DNA from: an uncultured delta proteobacterium
GTDB taxonomy: Bacteria; Desulfobacterota; Binatia; UBA9968
Length of the DNA stretch: 64,000 nt
Direction of reading: 5' to 3'
Assembly: GCA_963816145.1 (NCBI GenBank)
Contig: CAWFJP010000018.1
Coordinates: 96,001-160,000 of the forward strand
Positions 42,213 to 52,349 of the stretch are shown piece by piece. Made by a program: the position numbers and the translations under genes. Each line of letters starts with the position of its first letter. Position 1 is the stretch's first letter. The notes below the pieces were generated by a model, which was not told where the DNA came from, did not search any database, and was given only the letters and a program-made list of their open reading frames with translations.

Positions 42213-43141
42213 GCACAGTTATCGACACCAAGAATCTGACCAAGCGCTACCGTGAAAAGCTCGCGGTCAACGCGCTGAATCTGACGATTGAAGAAGGAGA
42301 AGTTTTCGGCTTTCTCGGCCCCAACGGCGCCGGCAAGACGACAACCATCCTGATGCTCCTGGGATTGACTGAACCGACGTCCGGAGAAGTCTCGGTGTGC
42401 GGTTTCAATCCGAGCAGCCAATCCCTCGAAGTCAAAAAGCGTGTCGGCTACCTGCCGGAAAGTCCTGGTTTCTACGACGACATCAGCGCGCGGGAAAACC
42501 TCCTGTACATGGCGCGCTTAAACCGGATTCCAGAGGATGAAGCACGCCAACGCACCGCGCAGGTTTTGGACCAGGTCGGGTTGCCGGATGATGGCCGCCG
42601 CCTGGTTCGAGAGTTCTCACGCGGCATGAAACAGCGCTTGGGCATCGCCGAGGTCTTGGTAAAAAAACCGACGGCGATTATTCTCGATGAACCGACCCTG
42701 GGGATCGACCCCGACGGCGCTATCCGAATCCTCGAATTAATCAGAGATCTGAATCGTGATCACGGCTTGACCGTCATGCTCTCGTCGCACCACCTCCAGC
42801 AAGTCCAGCAAATCTGTAGTCGCGTCGGCATCATCGTCAAAGGCAAGCTGATCGTCCAAGGCGCGATGGACGCGCTCGGCCGAGCAGTTTTGAAAGGCCG
42901 GGAATGGAACTTCCTGCTCGAAGCAACCGGCAACACCGACGGCCTGGAACGTGATCTGCAGAGCATCAAGGGCGTCAATGAAACTGAAAAACGCACCCAT
43001 GGATGGTTTCTTCGCTGCACCGAAGACGTTCGGCCCGAAGTGCTATCCGTGGTTTCACGCCGGGGACTGAACTTGTTGCAGCTTCGCTCCGAAGACCCGA
43101 CCCTGGAAGAGATCTACCTGAAATATTTTCGCGAGGCGTAA
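42209..43141 (+). CDS. ABC transporter ATP-binding protein
   Basis: GPNGAGKT, FSRGMKQR, ILDEP. Confidence 0.95.
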   Translation: MSTVIDTKNLTKRYREKLAVNALNLTIEEGEVFGFLGPNGAGKTTTILMLLGLTEPTSGEVSVCGFNPSSQSLEVKKRVGYLPESPGFYDDISARENLLYMARLNRIPEDEARQRTAQVLDQVGLPDDGRRLVREFSRGMKQRLGIAEVLVKKPTAIILDEPTLGIDPDGAIRILELIRDLNRDHGLTVMLSSHHLQQVQQICSRVGIIVKGKLIVQGAMDALGRAVLKGREWNFLLEATGNTDGLERDLQSIKGVNETEKRTHGWFLRCTEDVRPEVLSVVSRRGLNLLQLRSEDPTLEEIYLKYFREA

Positions 43142-43144
43142 AAA

Positions 43145-44068
43145 ATGAGCGTGGTGTTTTGGAAAGAGCTTGCCGACCACTTCAGCAGCCGGCGTTTCAT
43201 GATCCTGCTGATCCTCATCGTCTTTTCCGGGCTTTGGGCAGCGTACGCCACCGGACAAGCGATCCGCGCCAATACCGACACCGTGCCGACTCAGTATGTG
43301 TTTTTGCTCTTGCTCACCTCCAGTGGCGACACGCTTTTTTCTTTGGCGACCTTTTTAGGCTTCTTCGGCCCGCTGGTCGGCATCACCCTCGGCTTCGATT
43401 CGATCAGCGGCGAGTACGCCCGCGGCACTCTTAGCCGGGTCCTTTCGCAACCGATTTACCGTGACAGTCTGATCAACGGTAAGTTCTTTGCAGGCCTCGC
43501 CACGGTTGGCGTATTGTGGGGATCGATCTTGCTCTTAGTCATCGGCTTGGGCATTACGCTGCTCGGCTTCCCACCCAACGCGGAAGAACTCTGGCGCATG
43601 ATTATTTTCACCGCGGTCGGGGTTTTTTACGTCGGCTTTTGGCTGGCTCTGGCCATGCTCTTTTCACTGCTGTTTCAAAAAACCGTCACCGCCGCTCTCG
43701 CCTCGATAGCGGTCTGGCTATTTCTCTCGCTCTTCGTCGCGGTCATCAGCGGGGCCATCGCCAACATGGTCGTCCCCGACGCCACCACTCCAGAAGCGGT
43801 GGCGCGAAAATCGGATGTGGAAAATATCGTTGGCCGGATTTCACCCAGCACTTTGTTTAACGAAAGCGTCGGTATCCTGCTTAATCCAGCCGCGCGAGTC
43901 TTCGGCATGGCGCTGCAAAGCCAAGCCGAAGGCATCCTGCCGACTCCGCTAGCCCTGGATCAAAGCTTAACCTTGATCTGGCCGCATATCACCACGTTGT
44001 TCGCCTTGGTGGCGGTTTGCTTCGGCATTTCGTACATCATCTTCATGCGCGCCGAGATCCGCGCCTAG
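43145..44068 (+). CDS. ABC-2 type permease
   Basis: Multiple TMs; GFDSISGE..GTL..VLSQPIYR. Confidence 0.9.
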   Translation: MSVVFWKELADHFSSRRFMILLILIVFSGLWAAYATGQAIRANTDTVPTQYVFLLLLTSSGDTLFSLATFLGFFGPLVGITLGFDSISGEYARGTLSRVLSQPIYRDSLINGKFFAGLATVGVLWGSILLLVIGLGITLLGFPPNAEELWRMIIFTAVGVFYVGFWLALAMLFSLLFQKTVTAALASIAVWLFLSLFVAVISGAIANMVVPDATTPEAVARKSDVENIVGRISPSTLFNESVGILLNPAARVFGMALQSQAEGILPTPLALDQSLTLIWPHITTLFALVAVCFGISYIIFMRAEIRA

Positions 44069-44231
44069 CAAGGCGTCACTATCCATCGCACGGGGTTTCT
44101 CTTCGGACACATCCAGATAGCGTTTTTCGCGATTGCCATAAATCATTTCACATCGAGATCGTTGATACTTTAACGATTTCTGTCTAGTATACGAAAAATT
44201 TCATTTTCGTGTTCTTCGCACAGGAGGAATC

Positions 44232-45653
44232 ATGGCATATAAAGATCTGCGCGAGTATGTCTCGACGCTTGAGAAGCATGGCAAATTGAAACGAATCAGC
44301 AAAGAAGTCGACAAGGATTGGGAGATCGCCGCCGTCTGCCGCCAGCTGTTCAAAAAAATTCCGCCGAACAAACGCCCCGCGCTGGTCTTTGAAAACGTCA
44401 AGGGCTTCGATATGCCGGTGGTCGCCGGCGTGCTTGGCGCGTCGCGCGAAATTTATGCTTTGGGTCTGCAGACCGAAACCGTCGAGGGTATCAACCGCAA
44501 GTGGGACCACGCCCTTGAACACCCCATCGCGCCGCGTATGGTCAAGACCGCGCCCTGCAAGGAAAACATTCTGCACGACAAAGATGTCGACATTACCAAA
44601 TTACCCGTGCCGACCTGGACGGTGGGTGAAGATCCGGCGCCCTTTTTCACATCCCCCTACTTGATCACCAAAGACCCCGAAACCGGCGTGCGCAACATCG
44701 GTACCTATCGCATGCAGGTCAAAGGCCCCAACAAAACCGGACTATTGATCGGCGTGCGCCAAGATGCGGCGCTGCATATCCGCAAAAACAACGCCCAGAA
44801 CAAACCGACTCCGATGGCCGTGGTAATCGGCGCTGACCCATCGATCGGTTACGTGTCGGTTTCGAAGATGTCCGAGGTGCTCGATGAGTTCGCGGTTGCC
44901 GGCGCCCTGCGCGGCGAGCCGGTCGATCTGGTGCCCTGTGAAACCGTGCCTTTGGAGGTTCCCGCGAGCGCAGAGATCGTCCTAGAAGGCGAAATTCCAG
45001 CCAATGCGGTGGAACCCGAAGGCCCGTTCGGCGAATACACCGGCTACATGGGCCCGGCAGGCAACGAGCCGTTCTTCAACATCAAGTGCATGACATTTCG
45101 CAACAAGCCGCTTTATCAAGCGTTCATCAGTCAGATGCCGCCGTCGGAGTCGAGCTGCATCCGCGGCATCGGCCGCGAGTGGCCGCTGTTCAAGCACTTG
45201 CGGGACACACTGCATATTCCGATCAAAGACTTGCGCTTGAAGGAAGCCGGCGGCAGTGGCGCCTATCTGGTCATCTCCCTCAAGAAACAGTTCATTGGTC
45301 AGGTTCGCCAGCTCATGTATGGCGCCTGGTCGCTGCGCACGGGTTTTGGCAAAATCACCGTTGTCGTCGACGACGATATCGATGTCTGGGACGACTTCGC
45401 GGTTGATTGGGCAATGAGCTGGCGGGTTAGGCCCGACAAGGACATTTACATCGAACGCGATGTCCAGGCGGTCGGCCTCGATCCGTCACAAGCCCCAGCC
45501 GGGGTAATACAGCATGATCCAAGCCGCAACATCGGCACCCGCGTCGGCATCGACGCGACGCGCAAACACGCCTACCCTGCGGTATCGCTACCGCCGAAGG
45601 AGCACCTGGATTTGGTTGCGAGCCGGTGGAAGGACTACGGGATCGAAGACTAA
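44232..45653 (+). CDS. UbiD family (prFMN-dependent) decarboxylase
   Basis: YKDLRE, RNIGTYR, EGPFGEYTGY, VVVDDDID, GIDAT. Confidence 0.92.
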   Translation: MAYKDLREYVSTLEKHGKLKRISKEVDKDWEIAAVCRQLFKKIPPNKRPALVFENVKGFDMPVVAGVLGASREIYALGLQTETVEGINRKWDHALEHPIAPRMVKTAPCKENILHDKDVDITKLPVPTWTVGEDPAPFFTSPYLITKDPETGVRNIGTYRMQVKGPNKTGLLIGVRQDAALHIRKNNAQNKPTPMAVVIGADPSIGYVSVSKMSEVLDEFAVAGALRGEPVDLVPCETVPLEVPASAEIVLEGEIPANAVEPEGPFGEYTGYMGPAGNEPFFNIKCMTFRNKPLYQAFISQMPPSESSCIRGIGREWPLFKHLRDTLHIPIKDLRLKEAGGSGAYLVISLKKQFIGQVRQLMYGAWSLRTGFGKITVVVDDDIDVWDDFAVDWAMSWRVRPDKDIYIERDVQAVGLDPSQAPAGVIQHDPSRNIGTRVGIDATRKHAYPAVSLPPKEHLDLVASRWKDYGIED

Positions 45654-45663
45654 AAGGTGCCAA

Positions 45664-45768
45664 CTGTTCAAGGCGTTCAAAAAGTTCAAACCGTGGGTGT
45701 GAGTTGACTCTGGACTGACATCCGGAAAAACGGCTTGAACGATTTGAACGTTTGGAACAGCTTGAACG
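45664..45768. repeat. Inverted pair of GTTCAA 9-mer tracts between convergent genes
   Basis: 3x GTTCAA (45664-45692) facing 4x TTGAAC/TGGAAC (45731-45768). Confidence 0.8.
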
Positions 45769-45769
45769 T

Positions 45770-46282
45770 TTAAGCGCGGCTTCCGCGCATCTTCTTGGCC
45801 GCGGCCATAATCGATTCGATGATCTTCTTATAGCCGGTGCAGCGGCAGAGATTGCCGTGCATGAAGTGTTTCAGCTCGGCTTCGGTCGGGTTGGGGTTTT
45901 CATCCAGTAGCGCCTTTGAGGCCAACAGCATACCCGGCGTGCAAAAGCCGCACTGAAAACCGCCATGCTCGATGAAGGCTTCTTGGAGCGGATGAAGCTT
46001 ACCATCGTCTGCCATTCCTTCGATCGTCATCACTGAACGGCCGCGCACTTCGAAAGCGAGCGTCGTGCAAGCGCTCACCGGCCGGCCGTCGACCAATAAG
46101 GTACAGGCGCCGCACACCTGCACGTCGCAGGAACGTTTGGCGCCGGTCAGTCCCAAACGATCGCGCACGACATCGAGCAGTAACTCGTTGGGTTCGACAT
46201 CGATTTCCTGCAATCTGCCATTGAGGGTGAAGGACACTGGAATGGTTTGCACATCGGCATGCCGGGTCATGGGCTTGGACAT
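45770..46282 (-). CDS. Xanthine-oxidase family 2Fe-2S subunit (CoxS-like)
   Basis: C....CGACT, QCGFCTPG, NLCRCTGY. Confidence 0.93.
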   Translation of the reverse strand: MSKPMTRHADVQTIPVSFTLNGRLQEIDVEPNELLLDVVRDRLGLTGAKRSCDVQVCGACTLLVDGRPVSACTTLAFEVRGRSVMTIEGMADDGKLHPLQEAFIEHGGFQCGFCTPGMLLASKALLDENPNPTEAELKHFMHGNLCRCTGYKKIIESIMAAAKKMRGSRA

Positions 46283-46319
46283 GAATAGTTCTCCTCGATG
46301 GTCGACTACCTGGCGCTAA

Positions 46320-47171
46320 TCAGCTGACGATGCTGTTAAATGCGCGCTTCAATAACACGCCGACGATATGTTCTTTATAATCTTGCGCACCGTGCAAATC
46401 ACTGATCGCCTCAGATGCACGGCCGGCTATGGCTCCCGCCTGTGGCAATAAACGCACCGCCTCATCCTTGCTCTTGCCGTTCAGTAAAGCTTCAGCTTCG
46501 GCAACGCGCCTGGGTGCCGGACCGGCGCAGCCGACAGCGATCTTGACGTTGTTCACGGTTTCGCCGTCAAGCGTTAAGGCGACAGCGACACCGACACTCG
46601 GCCGTTCCAAATAGCCGAATTTGAGATACGCGCTGCGACTATTGGCGCCGGGTGTCGGCACGCGGATTCCGGTGAGAAGCTCATCTGCTGCCAGCGACGT
46701 CTCATAGGCATCGACGAAAAAATCCTCGGCGGCGATCTCACGCTTGCCGGAGATCTTCTCAGCAACCAATTTCGCGCCGAGCGCCATCAACAAGGTTCCC
46801 GGATCGGCGTGGGGTTCGGCGAAGCAAAGATTGCCGCCGATGGATCCGGCTTGCCGAACCCGCACATTGGCGACGTTTTGCTCCAGCTTGACCAGGGACG
46901 GCAGCTTCTGTTGCAACAGCGACGAGTTTTCCAATTGGTGATGGGTGCATAAAGCGCCGATCTTGATCGTGCCATTCTCGCCGGAAACTTCGCTGAGACC
47001 CTTGAGTTTCTTGACGTTGATCAGACGCTCGTATTGAACTAGCCCTTCCTTCATCGCCAACAAGAGCTCGGTCCCGCCGGCGTAGATCTTCGCGCTATCG
47101 CCGAAGCGGCCAAGCAGTTCGGAGACTTCGGCGGCACTTTCGGGTTCTTCCAATCGAAACCTCTTGAGCAT
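46320..47171 (-). CDS. Xanthine-oxidase family FAD subunit (CoxM-like)
   Basis: AGGTEL, VR..GSIGGNL, SDLHG..YK. Confidence 0.92.
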   Translation of the reverse strand: MLKRFRLEEPESAAEVSELLGRFGDSAKIYAGGTELLLAMKEGLVQYERLINVKKLKGLSEVSGENGTIKIGALCTHHQLENSSLLQQKLPSLVKLEQNVANVRVRQAGSIGGNLCFAEPHADPGTLLMALGAKLVAEKISGKREIAAEDFFVDAYETSLAADELLTGIRVPTPGANSRSAYLKFGYLERPSVGVAVALTLDGETVNNVKIAVGCAGPAPRRVAEAEALLNGKSKDEAVRLLPQAGAIAGRASEAISDLHGAQDYKEHIVGVLLKRAFNSIVS

Positions 47172-47172
47172 G

Positions 47173-47625
47173 TCACTGGTCTCCCTCTAAGGTCGTTTTC
47201 ACCGCCTGGGCGAACTCATCGAGCACTTGATCGGCCTTGCGTTTGATAATCCCATGGCCGAGCGCGGCGAGCTTGCCCAAGATATCGACACCGGCGACGA
47301 AACTCACCACGGTCTTGTTATCCTGCTCGCGCAAATTGACATCGAGAGCGATTTTCATGCGGCTACCGATCTTGTTGTCGGCGCCGGAGGCTTGGGCTTT
47401 GATATGGCTGAGTTCTTCGCGCTCCAAGACGTCGATCGTCGTCGGAAACTCGACTTTGAAAGGACCGACCTTCTCCACCATGGTCGCCGTGTACCGTTTG
47501 CCGTCTTCGACGGTTTTCGCGTCTTTGCACCCCGGCACGCAGGCGATAAAGCGGTCGATATCCCAGATAAACTTCCAAACTTTTTCGCGCGGCGCGAGAA
47601 TTTCTACTTGTTTTTCAAATTGCAA
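47173..47625 (-). CDS. CoxG/SRPBCC family protein
   Basis: APREKVW..CVPGC..KVGPF..GKLAALG; GGAGG + TTG start. Confidence 0.88.
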   Translation of the reverse strand: MQFEKQVEILAPREKVWKFIWDIDRFIACVPGCKDAKTVEDGKRYTATMVEKVGPFKVEFPTTIDVLEREELSHIKAQASGADNKIGSRMKIALDVNLREQDNKTVVSFVAGVDILGKLAALGHGIIKRKADQVLDEFAQAVKTTLEGDQ

Positions 47626-47742
47626 ATACGTTCCTCCGAGATTCGATCTATTTTTGCTATCAAATGGCGCCGATTCGCGCAAGCGAACAGAGTTAATATT
47701 GCTCCTGGAAATGATTGAGGCGGCGTTCGGCGCAAGCGGCGA

Positions 47743-48699
47743 TCAACCGGCGCCGGTGATATCGGTGGCGTCTTTGAATTCCTTGCTGAGATAGGTCTTC
47801 AATTTTTTCTTGACGCGCTCTTCGATCTGGCGCACACGTTCGCGGCTGATGCCGTATTTATCACCGATTTCACGCAGTGTCAGCGGGTCTTCGTTGAGCA
47901 AGCGTTCGCGGTAAATCACCAACTCCTTGTCCTTCAAGCCATTGGCGAACTGCTCCATCTTTTCCCGCAGCATCTGCTGGTACTGAGTCTCGGCGTATTC
48001 TTCTTCCGGATTCTGCTTATGATCGGGCAAGAAATGCAGCAGCGTCGCCTCGTCATCGTCGCCAATGGGCACGTCCACCGAGAGATCTCGGCTGGATAAA
48101 CGCTGCTCCATCTCGATGACTTCGTCTTCCTTGACGTTCAAGCGCTGAGCCAGGAGTTTCGGCCCCACCGTGAGCCCCTCGGCCTCGATACGCTCTTTTT
48201 CTTTTTGCAGATTGAAAAACAGTTTGCGCTGGGCTTGCGTGGTGCCGATCTTGACCATACGCCAATCGTTCATGATATAGCGAATCATGTAGGCGCGAAT
48301 CCACCAAACCGCATAGGATGGGAAGCGTACGCCGCGATAGGGATCGAAATTCTTCACCGCTTCCATGAGCCCCATGTTTCCTTCCTGTACCAGGTCGAGC
48401 AAAGTTTTGAAGGACTTTTGGTACTCACGGGCGATCATCACCACCAAGCGCAGATTGGCAGTGACGAGCTTGTAGGCCGCTTCGAGATTGCCAAACTCTT
48501 TGTATTCAACCGCAAGCTTATGCTCTTCCTCGCGACTGAGAACGGCAAAGCGGCGAATCTCGCCGAGATACCGTTGCAGAGGATCGTACGGCACCAGCGC
48601 CTTCTGGCTGCTGTGCGGCTCCTCCTCATCGACGATTTTGGGCAGATCGAATTCGGCGAAGGAACTATCGTTTTGCGGCGTTTTATCTTCTTCGGCCAT
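47743..48699 (-). CDS. rpoH: RNA polymerase sigma-32 factor
   Basis: DLVQEGNMGLM, RpoH box TTQAQRKLFFNL, SRERVRQIE. Confidence 0.92.
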   Translation of the reverse strand: MAEEDKTPQNDSSFAEFDLPKIVDEEEPHSSQKALVPYDPLQRYLGEIRRFAVLSREEEHKLAVEYKEFGNLEAAYKLVTANLRLVVMIAREYQKSFKTLLDLVQEGNMGLMEAVKNFDPYRGVRFPSYAVWWIRAYMIRYIMNDWRMVKIGTTQAQRKLFFNLQKEKERIEAEGLTVGPKLLAQRLNVKEDEVIEMEQRLSSRDLSVDVPIGDDDEATLLHFLPDHKQNPEEEYAETQYQQMLREKMEQFANGLKDKELVIYRERLLNEDPLTLREIGDKYGISRERVRQIEERVKKKLKTYLSKEFKDATDITGAG

Positions 48700-48817
48700 G
48701 AGCGGCGTCAAACCCTCACCGCCAAAGACCTCGGTCAAATGGCCTGCGCGAGGGTGTCAATTTGATCTATGCAGCTGGATCTTAAGGCTAGAATCTGGGC
48801 GGCGATGGGTTTCAAGA

Positions 48818-49012
48818 CTAGGAATCTGTCCGTATCTTACGGACTTTGCCGGCGGCGATCTCACGCAGCGCAACTACCACTTCGCGATTATCGGAATCGA
48901 TCAGCGGCTTGGCGCCTTTGAACAGATGACGCGCCCGCTTCGACGCCAACACCACCAACTCAAAGCGATTCGTCACCTTCTCCAAACAGTCTTCGACGGT
49001 AATGCGTGACAT
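48818..49012 (-). CDS. rpoZ: RNA polymerase omega subunit
   Basis: [24 protein letters not shown]. Confidence 0.95.
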   Translation of the reverse strand: MSRITVEDCLEKVTNRFELVVLASKRARHLFKGAKPLIDSDNREVVVALREIAAGKVRKIRTDS

Positions 49013-49187
49013 GTCAGTCTCCTAATCAAAAGTGAGGAGATTGAACCAGATTTTCTCGCGAATATCAATGAAGTGGCGCGGTTATGCGCCTTCAGCGGTA
49101 CACGGTGACAAAGCTTCGGGGTCCGCACAACGGCCGGTATGCCGTTGAATCGACCGGGACGGGAAGTGTCAATCCTGAATGGCTATT

Positions 49188-49457
49188 TTAGTGTTCGGTC
49201 TGCGCGTAGCACTTGCTCTTGGCGAAGGCCATGTCGAGTGCCATGCCGGTCACCACGGCCTGCCAGGCTTCATCCTCGGAAAGACCGCGTCCTTTGATCG
49301 AGCGCCAAAGAAAGATGATTTCTTCCTCGGTAACCGTTTCAAAAAGATCCGGATCGCGCTCGTGGTTCAGTAAGGATATCTCGTTGGTACGCAACATGTG
49401 AATCTTGGAGCCACCTTTGGAAAAGAATGGCTGGTAATTCAGCAATTCGCGGGCCAA
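49188..49457 (-). CDS. Hypothetical protein
   Basis: Protein-like ORF on the same strand as its neighbours; TTG start. Confidence 0.45.
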   Translation of the reverse strand: MARELLNYQPFFSKGGSKIHMLRTNEISLLNHERDPDLFETVTEEEIIFLWRSIKGRGLSEDEAWQAVVTGMALDMAFAKSKCYAQTEH

Positions 49458-49591
49458 TCAACTAACTAGCTGAAACTGCGATAATTCGCATCGCATCAGC
49501 GATTGGAGACCCGGGAGTAATGAGCGAATTTTGTCTAACCTCGGGCAAAATATGCAAAACCGCGCAGGGGAAACCCTTCGGCTGGTACGCT

Positions 49592-49993
49592 TCAATCGAT
49601 CACGGCAACCGCGGAAATCTCCAGCATACAATCGGGGTTGTACAAGCGCTTGACCTCCACCAGGGTGATGGCCGGAAAATGTTTACCGAACACCGCGCGA
49701 TAGGCGTTGCCGAGGGGCTTTTTATTGTTCCAGTAGGCTTCCAGCTCGGTCACGTAAATGGTCAGCACGGCATACTGATTGGGTTTGCCGCCGACAGCTT
49801 CGATCGCCGTCTTGAGATTGCTCATCACTTGGGTGAACTGAGCAACGAAATCACCCGTGCCGACGACCTGACCATTGACATCGAAGGGTGCCTGTCCGGC
49901 GATATGGACCACCGTGCCGCCGCTAATCTTGGCGACATGGGCGTATCCGACTGGGGGTTCCAATCCGGCGGGGTTAAAAAGCTCGAACGGCAT
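49592..49993 (-). CDS. RidA/YjgF family protein
   Basis: GYAHV, IAGQ, FPAITLVEV, LEISAVA. Confidence 0.9.
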   Translation of the reverse strand: MPFELFNPAGLEPPVGYAHVAKISGGTVVHIAGQAPFDVNGQVVGTGDFVAQFTQVMSNLKTAIEAVGGKPNQYAVLTIYVTELEAYWNNKKPLGNAYRAVFGKHFPAITLVEVKRLYNPDCMLEISAVAVID

Positions 49994-50006
49994 GAGTCAC
50001 TCCTAG

Positions 50007-51023
50007 CTAGTCAAGAGAATTTGTCACGGCGGGGCTCCAGTAGTCGATAAAATTTTCCATCTCACCGACCACGTCGTCTGAGGCCGCGACGTAGGGTAAG
50101 ATCACTCGGGTAGCGCCGGCTTCAACATACGGCTTGATCTGCTCGACAACCTGCGGCGCCGAGGTCGCCGCGACCAGCGGCAAGCTGGCGAACATTCGAT
50201 CGGAAACCAGCTTGCGCGCCGCATGAAATCCGCCGGACTTCCAAGCCGCACGCATCGCCTCAACCTCGCCGGCAAATCCCATCCTGCCGAGCAGATCGCG
50301 ATAATAATCGGCGAGCGCGTAGTAAGTCAGCGCATGGCTCAGCGCTTCGCGGGCGGTGTCATACTTGGGCGCAATCGAGCAGCGAATCTTGCAGATGATT
50401 TCCATCTTCGCCGGATCCTTGCCGGCTTCGATGGCACCGGCCCTCACCTCATCGGCGATGCGGCGAATCTCAGTGGGATTAGCCATGTTGATCAGCACTC
50501 CGTCGGTGAGGCGCCCGGCAAGCCGGGTCATCTGCGAACCGAACGCCGCCAGGTAGATCGGAATATTTCGGCCCGAGGGCTTGAACGCCATCTTGAAATT
50601 CTGCGCTGTGAAATACTTGCCTTCGAAGCTCAGTTTGTCGCCGCGCATCGCCGCCCGTACAATGTCGATATATTCGCGCACCCGCCCGAGCGGATGATCG
50701 AAGGTCTGGCCATGCCACCTAGCAATGGTCGGATTGGACGAGCCGATCCCCAAAAGAAAACGGCCGCCGGTCAATTCGTCGAGTCCCATCGCCTGCAACG
50801 CCAAGGTCGCCGGCGTGCGGCCGAGAATATGATAGATCGCCGAGCCGACTTTCAATTGGCGGGTCACCGCGGCGATCGCCGATAGCATCACCGTAGGATC
50901 CTTGTTGTTCGCCTCGCCGCCCCAGGCACAGTCGAAGCCATGGGCTTCGGCTTGGCGCGCCAGCTCAGGAATCGCATCCATCGGCAGCTGGGCGCCGGAG
51001 TTGAATTCGATATCGATTTTCAT
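50007..51023 (-). CDS. LLM-class flavin-dependent oxidoreductase
   Basis: AEAHGFD.AW..E, LDELTGGRFLLGIG, IPIYLAA. Confidence 0.9.
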   Translation of the reverse strand: MKIDIEFNSGAQLPMDAIPELARQAEAHGFDCAWGGEANNKDPTVMLSAIAAVTRQLKVGSAIYHILGRTPATLALQAMGLDELTGGRFLLGIGSSNPTIARWHGQTFDHPLGRVREYIDIVRAAMRGDKLSFEGKYFTAQNFKMAFKPSGRNIPIYLAAFGSQMTRLAGRLTDGVLINMANPTEIRRIADEVRAGAIEAGKDPAKMEIICKIRCSIAPKYDTAREALSHALTYYALADYYRDLLGRMGFAGEVEAMRAAWKSGGFHAARKLVSDRMFASLPLVAATSAPQVVEQIKPYVEAGATRVILPYVAASDDVVGEMENFIDYWSPAVTNSLD

Positions 51024-51044
51024 GGTCAGAAATAAGCCTGCAGG

Positions 51045-51650
51045 TTAAACGTAACTCGCCGGCAGATTGGTCTTGAAGATCTCGATCTTTTCCGATTTTT
51101 CAATATAACGGATGAAGCGATACTTATTCTCCACTTCATCGATGGGGAAAGGCGGCACCGCGGTTCTTTCGGTGCTGACTTTAGCGCCGATGAAACAGAG
51201 TTCGTTGCCGCGGAGCGCGGCCGCCGCACTCATGGCGAACTCGTCAACCGTTCTTGCCCATTGCGCATTCTTGATCCCCGCAGCGCGGGCGATGCCGACG
51301 AGATCCGTGCCCGCGCCGGTGGCGGTCTGCTTACTGCCAGAGGCTTCGTACACCTCATTGTCGAAAACCATGTGAACGAGATTTCCCGGTCGCATCCGCG
51401 CGATTGTCGGCAGCGAGCAAAGATTCATCAACAGCGAGCCGTCGCCGTCGAGCGCGACCACCTTGCGGTGCGGCAGTCCCAGCGCCATGCCGAGGGCGAT
51501 CGACGAGCACAACCCCAACGTACGGACACGAAAATTACCGTCGCTTGGATGGAGCGAGTTCCACTCCAACGTCATGGCTCCGGCGGAACTGACCACCAGG
51601 GCGTCTTTCACCTCCGCCGCCAGCGCCCGTAAACAGTCGTATCGTTTCAT
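51045..51650 (-). CDS. TPP-dependent decarboxylase beta subunit (sulfopyruvate/phosphonopyruvate decarboxylase-like)
   Basis: DGDGSLLMN...DNEVY. Confidence 0.85.
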   Translation of the reverse strand: MKRYDCLRALAAEVKDALVVSSAGAMTLEWNSLHPSDGNFRVRTLGLCSSIALGMALGLPHRKVVALDGDGSLLMNLCSLPTIARMRPGNLVHMVFDNEVYEASGSKQTATGAGTDLVGIARAAGIKNAQWARTVDEFAMSAAAALRGNELCFIGAKVSTERTAVPPFPIDEVENKYRFIRYIEKSEKIEIFKTNLPASYV

Positions 51651-51666
51651 GGCAGTGCCAAAATCT

Positions 51667-52188
51667 TTACAGCGATTGCAGCGCCGGGCGCCGTCCCAGC
51701 AGCTCCTTGGTCAATAAAAGCGCGATCGGCTTTTTGGAATCTTCGGCGAGCACCTGCGCGCGCTTGATCAACTCCGGCGCATCGCCGATGTCGCGCATGA
51801 TGTAGTAGCGGATTCCGAGTGCTTGCAGCACCGGCTCGGTCATGCTCCCGGTAGTAGCAAACGTCCGGTCGCCGATATCGCCGGCGTAATAAATAAGCAG
51901 CAGCACGGGGATCTGATACTGCAACAACGTGCTGATAATGGCGTTGTTGCTGTTGAAGAATCCGCCGTTCTGCATGATCGCGGCGCACTTCTTGCCGACC
52001 AAGTAGCCGCCGGCGCAGATGCCCATGCCCTCTTCCTCGCGGCACAGCGGCACATGGATCATGTCATTGGCTTCTTCCACCTCGCGCAGCAAGTCGGACA
52101 AATTGACGTCCGGCAAGGTCGCGATCAAGTCGATGCCCGCGTCCTTTAAGCCATTGACGAGTATCTTCGCCGATTCCACTGCAGTCAT
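51667..52188 (-). CDS. TPP-dependent decarboxylase alpha subunit (ComD-like)
   Basis: REEEGMGICAG, MQNGG.FN. Confidence 0.85.
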   Translation of the reverse strand: MTAVESAKILVNGLKDAGIDLIATLPDVNLSDLLREVEEANDMIHVPLCREEEGMGICAGGYLVGKKCAAIMQNGGFFNSNNAIISTLLQYQIPVLLLIYYAGDIGDRTFATTGSMTEPVLQALGIRYYIMRDIGDAPELIKRAQVLAEDSKKPIALLLTKELLGRRPALQSL

Positions 52189-52349
52189 TTAAAAATGCTC
52201 CTATTTTCGCCGAGCCGTTCTCCGCTTAACATCAATGCTAGAGCACTGCAAGCAATGGCGAGCCTTAGTCAGCACTTTTTCTTTGGTTGGTTTCTTAGTA
52301 TAAATGCAGCGTGTCGAACCTAATTCTCTAACGCGAAAGGACCAATTCC

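Noticed and set aside
45770-47625. Aerobic CO dehydrogenase
   Set aside because: No coxL, so substrate cannot be assigned
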